A DNA stretch of 64,000 nucleotides from Octopus sinensis (taxonomy: Eukaryota). Of the stretch, positions 11,686 to 22,599 are shown one piece after another. The translations under genes and the position numbers were made by a program. The notes under the pieces were generated by a model. It searched no databases. It worked only from the letters and a program-made list of their open reading frames with translations, and was not told the origin of the DNA. How positions within the stretch are numbered: the first letter of the stretch is position 1; every line of letters starts with the position of its first letter. The stretch spans positions 18,290,001 through 18,354,000 of the forward strand of contig NC_043015.1 of the NCBI RefSeq assembly GCF_006345805.1, given 5' to 3'.

Positions 11686-12800
11686 ATAAAAATGGTAAGA
11701 CAACAAAAGAATGAAAGAGACCTCGATATTATGTAAATAGAGGAATTTATCTGTAAAAGTATCGGTAGCCATGATAAAACTCCGAGTTTTGGATGCCGAA
11801 GTGGAAATCCATGCCACCATCTCTTCAGTTATCCGGCCATCGGTAAAAATGCTATGAAAAATGACTGTTATATAAAGGGAAATTACTGTGTGATTGACCA
11901 TTATTAAGACAAAAGAGCTATTTGAATGACTGCTAAGCAAGTGGAGGGAGTAAAAGTAAGGGTAAATGTAGGTTTTTCAGTAGTACAAGAAAACAATCGG
12001 GCAGCATCGTGTCGGCGAGTTGACATCGAGCAAGTTGACATAGGTGTCAGTCATGCTGACATTTGACACGACGATGAGTCGGTTGTTGGGCATAATGACA
12101 AGCATAAATTCGCTGATGGAGGATTGAAGTGCAAACGCAGAACTTGTTATAATTGATTTGAAGACATTTTGAATTATGATGCATTTTCACTGGAGACTGT
12201 TACTTTTATACCTCCTGTACCAATGCAAATGCATATAAAGTATCTGCATGTCATTGGTCTACTGCTAGTCTCATGACTTGAACGTAACCTAAAATAGCTA
12301 AGATAATGCACGGGATGGCAAGTGCACTCACCTCAAGAGATAAAGTACACAATAGCGAACATAAACATATGTCATCCACTAAAATGTCTGTGACAGATGT
12401 AAGGCAGCTCTACATCGTATATTTACATTAACCACGGGTAGCAATGTGTATTTATAGTGATGTATATTGTATGTGGTGACTGATGATTTAAAGTCTATTT
12501 CTCAGCATATTGGCATAGAAATTTTTCTGTTGCCCTTATTTTCACCTTAAAAGATATTTTATTATGCTGGCCACTTGATGAAATGTTTTGAAAAAGTTTT
12601 ATTAGAAGTAAATTTATTACCATTCACTTTGGGACTGGTGACCACTCTATGTTGTGGTTCCTGACTGATTACACATATATTGGGGCTTGCTATGGAATTT
12701 ATATTTAGATATATTTGGGGTACTTATGTGTACTCATGACTTTTGCTTCTGCTTTTTTTCCATGGGTGCTTGTAAGTATTTCATTTATTTCTAATCATAT

Positions 12801-12859
12801 TCTCTGCTGATGAGTGGAAAAATCCGTTGGATTGATCCCGAAATCGTTCGATACAGAGA
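12801..12859 (+). ncRNA. Type I hammerhead ribozyme with intact core
   Basis: Stem I TCTCTG/CAGAGA; CTGATGA; stem II G(T)GGA..AATCC-GTT-GGATT..TCCC; GAA; stem III A-TCG-TT-CGA-T; cleavage triplet AUA (cut after 12853). Confidence 0.75.
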
Positions 12860-13152
12860 TATACACAGTATTAATCTTTTATATGATTATATATACATAC
12901 ATCGTATATGTTTACATATACAAACACTACACACCACGGTATGAATCTTCCATATCCATACATACAAACATACATACAAACATATACACATACACACATA
13001 TATATATAGCAAAATCCAAAAGCAGCCACTAATTTGCATAACAAGAAATGCTAAGTAAACAGTTTATTATTATGCCTCCTGGTTAAATGAAAAGGAGAAA
13101 AAAGTTGATTACTGGCATTATAAACAATAAATTCGAAATTCCTTTTACTTAC

Positions 13153-13187
13153 AAACACACCACTGCATCCAGATTGGTTGTCACCCA
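13153..13187 (-). CDS. 35-nt micro-exon of 7TM gene ((L)GDNQSGCSGVF)
   Basis: Acceptor ttcataattccttacag and donor gtaagt; phase 1/0; completes the split codon T+TG from exon 13888-13952. Confidence 0.8.
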
Positions 13188-13887
13188 CTGTAAGGAATTA
13201 TGAAATAGAGTATCAGAACCACAAACAAAAATAAATTCATGAGCTGCAAGTGAAAGTGAATTCTGACATTTCAGACAGGGACCCTTCTTTGAAGCAATGA
13301 AGAATTTATAGGAAACTGTGAATGAAGTCAAAGAATCTACAAAATCAATACATTAATCAACTAGAACATAATTTAATTTCTACTTTTCTCTAAAATATTT
13401 AAATGTGTAATAAACATTTAATAGAAACTAAATAGTAAAACTATAGCTTAAAGGTTAAAGTTTGCAGTTATCTTAAGAATATTTGAATTTCTCTACAGAA
13501 AACAATATATAGTTTTAAAAACAAAGCATTAGCATAACTTAATTTGCTTTATTACTCAGTCACAGAGAGTATTTAACACTGATTTTAGGACTTCAAAGAA
13601 TTTACAAAACGAATGTATTTAAAATATTTATGATATATACATCACACATCAAATTCTGCTTTAAGTGTTGTACAGGCTTTCTACAGGACCCACAGCACTA
13701 TCTGCTGTAAACCATTGGTTAATAATCAGGAGTCAAAACACATACTGGATATAGAAGTAAAGTCAACAAATAAAATGCTTAATGCCACGTTAGAAAATAA
13801 TATCTCAGCACTGAGCAGCATAGAACAAATATAAAACAGTGAGTTTCTAGAAGAATGGATGAGAATTATATAAGCAATGTTACTTAC

Positions 13888-13952
13888 AGATCTGAACAGC
13901 CAAGTCATAAAACAGTGTAACACAAGCAGAAGTTTCAAAAACTGCAATTAAA
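13888..13952 (-). CDS. Exon of 7TM gene, TM6 ((C)LIAVFETSACVTLFYDLAVQI)
   Basis: Acceptor ttttaattccag and donor gtaagt; 65 nt, phase 2/1. Confidence 0.85.
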
Positions 13953-14929
13953 CTGGAATTAAAAAGCAAGAAACCAACATGTCAAAGAGTAAGCCGAAAT
14001 AGGGTGATGAGTCATCTCTACTTAAACATTCACTACTTCTCTTTCTCCACTACATGTAAATGTTACCATTCTCTCAAATTGCTGATTTACAATGCACTCA
14101 AATGCTATAATTAATTAGGACTTGAATTAGGTTTTGAAATGCTCATTGTTAGACAGGTACATCATTTTAAAGTATATCTAATTTTACCAGAAAGTTTTCA
14201 ATTTCACTACAAGATGGCTAGTGTTTCTTTATAATTCCTAGAGAGAAACTAATTTTATTATTCTTCATCTGGTATTCAGATACAGGATACACTTAGTTGT
14301 CACTACATATATTAAATACTTTTCTTGACTCCAGAATTACCTATCCTGATTAATTAAAATTTTAAACACTTATAAATCTATGTTATTTTTTTCCAAGACT
14401 ATACCAACATTTTAGATTTTTTTCAGTGTTACCAACAATTTCATGTACACATAATACATGTTATTTATGGGCACACGTTTAAAGCATATATAACAACAAT
14501 GCCACAATCAACATTTCTAAATGTCAGACTGGAAGTTTTTGTCTACTATTACTTTGAACCTCTTGCACTGGAAACAGTTATACTACTTATAAGCTTTCTA
14601 GTGGTGAACAGAAGATATATAACAAACTATTTCTCACATGCTGCTGCTCTCTAGATCATTTTCCTCAGTTTGGAATATTTCCTGATTCAAGAAACATAAT
14701 GAATAAAAATAGTGATGTCAGTGTCATCATGAATATTTTCATGATTATTTATAGAATGTTATATAGGCTTGCTATAATGTATATTACCACTCATCAGTCT
14801 TATTCTATTGCTCTTTACTGACAGAACTATTGCACTTTTCACATAATGCTCATTGGCATTACTTTTGAATATCTCATATCCTAATTTTAATCCAATCCTT
14901 AGACTAGATACTATGTTTTAGCTATATCA

Positions 14930-15330
14930 CCTTTTGCATTAATTAGATCACCGAGGAAATGAACTAACAGAGGGGCATAATGAGCCATCTAATCAGTTCA
15001 TGGGTGCCCTTACAACTATTTCTGAGAATCTGTAACATATAAAATGCTAATCCTCTGCCAGTTTCTCAGAAAACACTGCATGTTTTGTGCATTCAATGTT
15101 TACTATGAGAATGCAGTATCTAGTTCCACCTGGTTTCATGCAATAGAGTGAACAAGGCTATATTCCAGATATCATTTATGCATTTTTTCCTCATTAGCAC
15201 TTTGATTATTACTATTTTGGTTTTTGAACTGTAAATGATGCATCCAAGTTTGGAAATTTTCTGTAAATTTTTAAGAGATTTTTCTATGAAGATTATATCA
15301 TCAGTATACAAAATTTTTCAAGAACAACCA
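14930..15330 (-). mobile_element. Highly decayed LINE RT fragment
   Basis: YTDDIIFIEKSLKNLQ...SKTKIV resembles the RT YxDD region and downstream motif. Confidence 0.45.
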
Positions 15331-15699
15331 GTGATATAACTTCAAACTGAAAATACATACTTGTAAACTACATTTTTCATTCACAGCACAGTCATACTTC
15401 CCTTGCACATATCTTAGACATCTTCAAATTACATGCATTCATGAACAATAGCTGCAATGGAAATTTGGTTTCAAAAGGTTCAATCAATGGTTTACTCAAA
15501 AGTGAGTGTGGCAAGAGGTGTTTGTGTACTCAGCTTCTGTAAGTTTGTATTCATTTTTAAGAAGTTCCATATTTTAAAAGTGCAGGAAGATATTAACCAA
15601 TCTATAGCTTTTGGCATCAAAAATTCAGAGGGAATATACAGATGTAAAAGTACAAGTCTTAGTACAATTATGTTTTTTGTATTACAGTCATAGCATAAT

Positions 15700-16745
15700 T
15701 CTGATGTTGTACATCCAACAGATACCTTCATTTCTCTCCAGTCTATGCATATCTTCTGCATTCAGAGCCCATGTCTCACTACCATAGAGTATAGCCATTC
15801 ACACACAAGCAGCATACAATCTACCTTTCACTCTGAGAGAGAGTCCTTTTGTTGCCAACAGAGGTAATAGCTCTCTGAACTTCTTCTATCCTATTTATAT
15901 TCTAGAAACAATACTTTCAGAGCATACACCACCATTGCTAATTTGGTCACCTAGATAACAGAAACTATCTACAGCCCCAAGAGAGCCTCCTGGGAATTTG
16001 AGAGAATCTCAGTCCTGTGTGTTCTTAGTGCTTATTGTTCCTGCTCATTTGTTAATCTACCTGTGATTCAAATCCACCTCTTATGTGTTCTTTGTTTACA
16101 CTGGATATGGTGAATGGAATTTTTTCTAACTCCTTTCCTACATAGTGAGCAGGGCCATTTACCTGATGGAAAGAGAGCTTTATCTTCTTTCTTACTAACA
16201 ACAACTTTGATCCTTGCTATGTTAACTTTGATTCCAGGTTTTGCTTTCATACCTGGAATTTCTTCTTCAATTCTGCTAAAGATTCTGCAATAAGAGCAAG
16301 GTCATCAGTATATAGCAGATCCCATGGGCACTCAGTTTTAAATTCCTCTGTTATGGCCTGGAGGACTATAATGAACAAGAGTGGGCTGAGAACTGAGCCC
16401 TGGTGAACCCCTATCTGTACACTAAATTCATCACTGTATTCTTGACTGACTCTCACCTTACTAACACCACCACTGAACATGGCTTGTACTGTTCTAACAA
16501 ACCACTCCTCTACTTCTAACTTCCTTAGAGATCACCATAACTCTATTGAAAGCTTTTTGATGAAGGCTACATACAATGGCTTACTTTTAGCCAAGTACTT
16601 TTCCTGCAGCTATCTCACAAGGAAGATGGCATCTGTGATATTCTTCCCAGGTACAAAACCAAACTGCATTTCATCTAGTTTAATTCTATCCCTAATCAAT
16701 TGAGCAATAACCCTCTCATTAACTTTCATGACTTGGTAAATGTTA
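15700..16745 (-). mobile_element. Degenerate RTE LINE RT fragment
   Basis: LDEMQFGFVPGK, GVHQGSVLSPLLFIIVLQAITEEFKT, LLYTDDLALIAES; frameshifted. Confidence 0.88.
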
Positions 16746-17138
16746 TTCTTCACAAGTATTATTAATTGGAAAAAAAATAAATTCCAAATAAATTTTCCTT
16801 CCACTTGTATTTGTAAGTAGGCATCAGAAAGATCTAATTTCAAGAACAATTTTCCACTGTTTAATTTCAAGAAAATTTCCCTGGGCTAAGTAATGGGTAG
16901 TTTACTGTCTTAAACATTCATTTAGTCCTGTTGCGAAATCTGCACATACAGAAATTTTGTTCTTTTTTTACATACCCTGATGGAGAGTTAATCTTTTCAA
17001 TCATTCCCATTTTTCCAGTCTGCCTAATTCCTTATTCTACTGTTTCAGTGCTGCAAACTACATTATGCTTGGATTTGAAAACTGGTAATGAATTTTCTTT
17101 TACCTGAAATTTGGCTTTAAATTTATTGCACCAACCCA

Positions 17139-19294
17139 TCATCATCATCATCATCATCATCGTTTAACGTCTGTTCTCCATGCTAGCATGGGTTGGACGG
17201 TTCGACCGGGGATCTGGGAAGCCAGAAGGCTGCACCAGGCTCCGGTCTTATCTGGCAATGTTTCTACAGCTGGATGCCCTTCCTAACGCCAACCACTCCG
17301 TGAGTGTAGTGGGTGCTTTTTACGTGCCACCTGCACTGGTGCCAGGCGAGGCTGACATCGGCCAAGGTCGGATTGGTGCATTTTACGTGCCACCTGCACG
17401 GAAGCCAGTCGAGGCAGCACTGGCTTTGGCCACGATTCGGATGGTGCTTTTTACGTGCCACCAACACAGAAGCCAGTCGAGGCGGCGCTGGCATCGGCCA
17501 CGATTCGGATAGTGCTTTTTACGTATCTTCAGTCCAGGGGTCCTGGCATCTGCCGCGTGCCAGTCATAGGATTGGTTCAATTTTGATTCCGATTTCGATT
17601 TCACTTGCCCCAACAGGTCTTCGCGAGCAAAGTGGGGTAGGCATAGGTGCCTGTCGTCAGATGAGGTTCGATATCGACTTCGCTTGCCTCAACAGGTCTT
17701 TGTGTGTCCAAGGGAGGAAAGGCATGCATAAGTGGGCTGGGCTCACTTGTCCTGCCTGGTCTTCTCACGTACAGCATATTTCCAAAGGTCTCGTCGCTGG
17801 TCATTTCCTCAGTGAGACCTAAAGTTCGAAGGTCGTGCTTCACCACCTCCTCCCAAGTTTTCCTGGGTCTACCTCTTCCACGGGTTCCCTCCACTGCTAG
17901 GGATTGGCACTTTTTCACACACCTATCTTCATCCATTCTCGCCACATGACCATACCAGCGCAATCGTCTCTCTTGCACACCACAACTGATGCTCCTTAGG
18001 TCCAACATTTCTCTCAGGGTACTAACGCTCTGTCGAGCATGCACACTGACATTACACATCCATCGGAGCATACTGGCTTCATTTCTCACGAGCTTACGCA
18101 TGTCCTCAGCAGTCACGGCCCATGTTTCACTGCCATGTAGCATGGCTGTTCATACACATGCATCATACAGTCTGCCTTTTACTCTGAGCAAGAGGCCTTT
18201 AGTCACCAGCAGAGGTAAGAGCTCCCTAAACTTTGCCCAGGCTATTCTTATTCTAGCCGTTACACTTTCAGCACACCCACCCCCACTACTAACTTGGTCA
18301 CCAAGATAACGGAAGCTATCAACTACTTCTAGTTTTTCCCCCTGGAAAGTGACGGAAGTTGTTTTCTGCAGATTTTCAGAGGTTAATGCTCCCAAGCATC
18401 TGCCACATACAAAAACCATCTTCCTAGTTAGCCTTCCTATGACATTGCTGCACCTCTTATGTGTCCATAGCTTACACTTGGTGCATCTTATAGAGTTTCT
18501 ACCTACACCTTTTCTACAGATCGAGCAGGGCCATCTACCTGAAGGCGTTTGTGATTTGTCTACCTTCCTACTTATTACGACTTTGGTTTTAGCTAGATTG
18601 ACTCTAAGGCCCTTTGATTCTAAACCTTGCTTCCACACCTGAAACTTCTCCTCCAGTTCTGATAGTGACTCAGCAATTAGAGCAAGGTCATCAGCATAGA
18701 GGAGCTCCCAGGGGCATCCTGTCTTGAATTCCTCCGTTATTGCCTGGAGGACTATGATAAATAGGAGGGGGCTGAGGACTGAGCCTTGGTGGACCCCTAC
18801 CTCTACCCGGAATTCTTCACTGTACTTGTTGCCAACCCTCACCTTACTAGCAGCGTCCCTGTACATGGCTTGCACAGCTCTCACTAACCATTCATCTATT
18901 CCTAGTTTCCTCATTGACCACCAGATGAGGGATCGGGGGACCCTGTCGAAGGCTTTCTCCATGTCAACAAAAGCCAGGTACAGGGGCTTATCTTTGGCTA
19001 GGTATTTCTCCTGCAGCTGCCTTACCAGGAATATAGCATCAGTGGTACTTTTCCCTGGCATGAACCCAAACTGCATCTCATCTAAACTAACTCTCTCTCT
19101 AATTAGTTGGCTTATGACCCTCTCTGTAACCTTCATCACCTGATCCAACAGCTTGATACCTCTGTAATTATTTGTATCTAGGGCATCACCTTTACCTTTG
19201 TAGCAGTTGACTATTATGCTGCTACACCAGTCATTGGGTATGACTCCTTCATGTATCACCTGATTAACTATACGGGTGACTAGGCTATAGCCTA
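17139..19294 (-). mobile_element. Young 5'-truncated RTE LINE with 7-bp TSD CAACCCA
   Basis: TSD at 17132-17138 and 19295-19301; RT domain (QFGFMPGKSTTDAIF, AFVDMEKAFDRV, HQGSVLSPLLF, YADD, FRYLG) broken by one TGA (CV*TAML) and one late frameshift; (GAT)n tail. Confidence 0.95.
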
Positions 19295-20533
19295 CAACCC
19301 AACTTGTCAAAAAAAAGAAAACATGGAACAACCTTTTCACTTCTTTTTTTTTTTTTTTTCTAACTCTGTATTTTTGCTTATATTTTTTAATACATAAGCT
19401 TTTGCTTTTATAGTATTACTGCAAAATGTAACATTACAGATAGTTTTGCCTTTACAAATTAATTTGATCCCCAAGACTCACATGCAATCTTCGAGGTTTT
19501 CGGTAGTGTAGGTTTCCCAACTGTTTTTCATGTGTTTTCATTAATTAAAGTAATGTCGCTGCCAGTATCTGTCATTTTACATTTGTATTATTAATTTTTA
19601 CATACACAAATTTCCTTTGAGTCTCATTTGTATTTCTCATCGCTGATTAACTGTTTACATGATTTTTTCTATTGAATCATTCTCTAGGTTGTGTTTTACA
19701 GTGTTTTTTATGACCTATTTTACCACACGGGAAACATTTTCATTTTTATAGGAAAGTTGAATCTGTAATGTAATTCTCCACATCCAAAATATGGGTTAAT
19801 TTTTTGCTTTTCATTTCTTACTTTTGGTCACACTGACTGCATATGAGAGCAGTTTCTCACTTCAATTTGTTCCGTATCATGCTTTAGGTTTATTATTCCT
19901 TGGCACTCCTCAGATATTTGTTGTTTCTAATTCTATCAGAACTCGATTTCAAATTTCTGCATCTTTCTTTGCTGTTAAACCTTGCATAAAAATTAAGAAG
20001 TTAAACATACCTGATGTTCATTCATTAATTTTAAATCTCTTGTCCTCTTTGTTTGTAATATTCATGCATTGCCAGCACATATTAAATAAAGAGCATTTTT
20101 TGCTAAAAATCTGTGACAAGCTATTCACCATTTCTTCAAAACAAATTTCACCTGGTTTCTTTGGTAAAACGTAATTCCAATATTTCTCATGCTCAGCTGG
20201 TGCCAACTTTCTCAACAAAAGTAGAGATTTTTCTTGTCTTGCCAGTCGCACTTCTCTAAAAGTTTCCTCATACCTTCTAAAGAGAAGGTAGTACCCTCCT
20301 CTGGGTTATACGTGAACACTGATTAAGTTTGTGACAGTGTCAAGAGTGAACAAACTAGATGTATTTTCTGTTCTTTTCTGTATCTGTTGTACTAACAGTT
20401 GCCGTTGCCTCTGAAAATTCTAACAACTGCTGTTGTTGCAGTTTCTGTAATTCAATTACAGAAATTAGTAAACCTTCTATGTTCAAGCAAAAACTGGTCC
20501 AGCATGAGCTTTGAATAATCACATTGCCAAAAA

Positions 20534-20816
20534 TGTTATGACGTGGGTATACACATCTGGTGTAAAATGGTATAAAACAAATATATAGTTGGTTGTGGTT
20601 ATCTAAAAATAACCTATCGCAGAAATATATGTTAACACAGAACACACACCATACTACTCGAACATAGGTATGATACTCAATATTCACTGCTCAACTGTTA
20701 AACCAACACATGTTGAAGTAACAAGGTAAACCAACACAGTTGAACTAACACTATCAACTATGTTCAGTTCACTCAGTTCTTATTTATTGTAATTGGTTAG
20801 TCCACCTTCAGTCACA
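20534..20816 (-). repeat. Candidate 5' LTR of the gypsy element
   Basis: Minus strand starts TGT and ends ATAACA, followed by TTTTTGGCAA (PBS-like TGG); contains AATAAA; no second LTR found. Confidence 0.45.
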
Positions 20817-21194
20817 TGGAGGTGTTCAAGATTCTCCCATAACAAAAAGTAAAGTAGTAAATAAATTAGCAAACACATGATTTTTAGTAACATTTTGCAG
20901 GGTTTTTTTTAAACAAGTTTCTTAGCCTGAGTGCACCACTGCACAGGAAGTCCACATTGGAAACTGCTGGTCTAAAGCACAATTTTTTCAATGACACCTG
21001 AAAAATTACTGTAGACCCCCAATTTACTACATTGCATCTGTGGACCCCTAGAAATCTTATATGGATCCCAGTTGAGAATCCCTGGTCTACATTAAGTAAC
21101 TGCTATTAAAATAAGAAAATAAATTTAAAATTTTGTTACCTTTACGTGATGAAGTCTCAAACAAGAATCAAATTATTTCAAAACAATAGCTTAC

Positions 21195-21336
21195 CACCAG
21201 AGGTCTCTTTTCTGTGACCACCTTAATGAATCCAAAGTGCTGATTTCATTTAATCTGCGTGTGATGAAAATACCAGAAACTACAAGTAGCTGGACAAACA
21301 GTACTGTGACTACAGATAGTTCCAGCCAGTAGGGTT
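21195..21336 (-). CDS. Exon of 7TM gene, TM5 and loop ((Q)PYWLELSVVTVLFVQLLVVSGIFITRRLNEISTLDSLRWSQKRDLW)
   Basis: Acceptor tcttttcccttttgtttcag and donor gtaagc; 142 nt, phase 1/2; only one frame is open. Confidence 0.9.
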
Positions 21337-21708
21337 CTGAAACAAAAGGGAAAAGACCAATACATCAGTGAATTGAGAATGATGAGAAAATGACCTTGTA
21401 TTCTAGATATAATTACATCAAATTAAAGAATGTGGAGGTCAATAGAAAAGAAAGAAAGAAAAGAAAAAAGGTCTACATAACATGTAAAGCAATACATATT
21501 TTCTTCATCTAATTACCACAGAGTCAGCCACTGTTGGAATCCTAGACAATGACTTATTTATTTCTATGACAAACTCCTCATTTAATAAATAGTCTGCTTA
21601 CCCTGTTAGAAATGACTTTAGAATAAAATTTGATACAAGTGTTAGGATGTCTGTGCAATTGTATGTATATATATTGAGAATATACCATATCTGTACATCA
21701 CTCAAAAA

Positions 21709-21744
<36 letters not shown>

Positions 21745-21773
<29 letters not shown>

Positions 21774-22140
21774 AAATATAGGGCAGTGTGGGTTATGGTC
21801 TTGTCACCAACATTGTAAATCAGGTAGTTCCTGAAGGAGTCAATTGGGCCAGTGGTAACAACGAAACTGGTTTGTGATTAATCTGTATATTTTGCATTTT
21901 TTCATTTGTCTTGCTCACTTACATTCTGGTGTTTGCTAAATTTTCTTGAGAACATTCCTTTCTTAGTGGTAAGACCATAGGGGGTCGACTCCTAGCATAA
22001 TGGATGTCCACTTAGTGGTTATCTCTCTTATATGTATGTAATATAATTTTTCTGAATCTTCAGATTTTTCTATATACTAGGCCACTTTAATTGATATTAA
22101 TCAAATTAATATTCAATTTTTTACCCATATTATTTTAAAT

Positions 22141-22171
<31 letters not shown>

Positions 22172-22566
22172 AAATATAGGGCAGTGTGGGTTATGGTCTT
22201 GTCACCAACATTGTAAATCAGGTAGTTCCTGAAGGAGTCAATTGGGCCAGTGGTAACAACGAAACTGGTTTGTGATTAATCTGTATATTTTGCATTTTTT
22301 CATTTGTCTTGCTCACTTACATTCTGGTGTTTGCTAAATTTTCTTGAGAACATTCCTTTCTTAGTGGTAAGACCATAGGGGGTCGACTCCTAGCATAATG
22401 GATGTCCACTTAGTGGTTATCTCTCTTATATGTATGTAATATAATTTTTCTGAATCTTCAGATTTTTCTATATACTAGGCCACTTTAAATTGATATTAAT
22501 CAAATTAATATTCAATTTTTTACCCATATTATTTTAAATTTATATATATATATATACACACACACA
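21745..22566. repeat. Near-perfect 398-bp tandem duplication bounded by (TA)n(CA)n microsatellites
   Basis: AAAATATAGGGCAGTGTG at 21773 and 22171; the only difference I saw between the copies is one 1-nt indel. Confidence 0.9.
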
Positions 22567-22599
22567 CCATATATGAACAAGCTGTTTGTACATTCACAC

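Larger units (their letters stand above)
16746..20816 (-). mobile_element. Degenerate Ty3/gypsy LTR retrotransposon (K02A2.6-like gag, protease and RT N-terminus), split by an RTE insertion
   Basis: gag LLLRKLAPAEHEKYWNYVLPKKP (20018-20251), zinc knuckle CFPCGKIGHKKHC, protease DTGSDITLINE, pol DKLGWCNKFKAKFQVKENSLPVFK across the RTE junction, RT KLDLSDAYLQI. Confidence 0.8.

Noticed and set aside
12210-12420. Exon-like splice signals at 12215-12288 and 12323-12400, and at 7506-7556
   Set aside because: Phases or stops do not fit the 7TM reading frame, and the gene is continuous without them.
13149-13331. 60-aa minus-strand ORF with an apparent acceptor at 13337
   Set aside because: The real exon is the 35-nt piece 13153-13187 in a different frame; only that piece keeps phase with both neighbouring exons.
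17313-17822. Plus-strand ORFs over the RTE 3' UTR (also 10604-11077)
   Set aside because: Antisense readings of GC-rich tandem UTR units, not genes.
18685-18700. CTGATGA matches at 18688(-), 16305(-), 24190, 25788, 43348, 44148 and CTGACGA at 45834
   Set aside because: They lie in coding motifs (e.g. YADD, TDES) or lack a paired stem II followed by GAAA.
20355-20687. 110-aa minus-strand ORF with a Q-rich stretch as a possible host exon
   Set aside because: It overlaps the gypsy LTR, PBS and gag start and is better explained as retroelement sequence.
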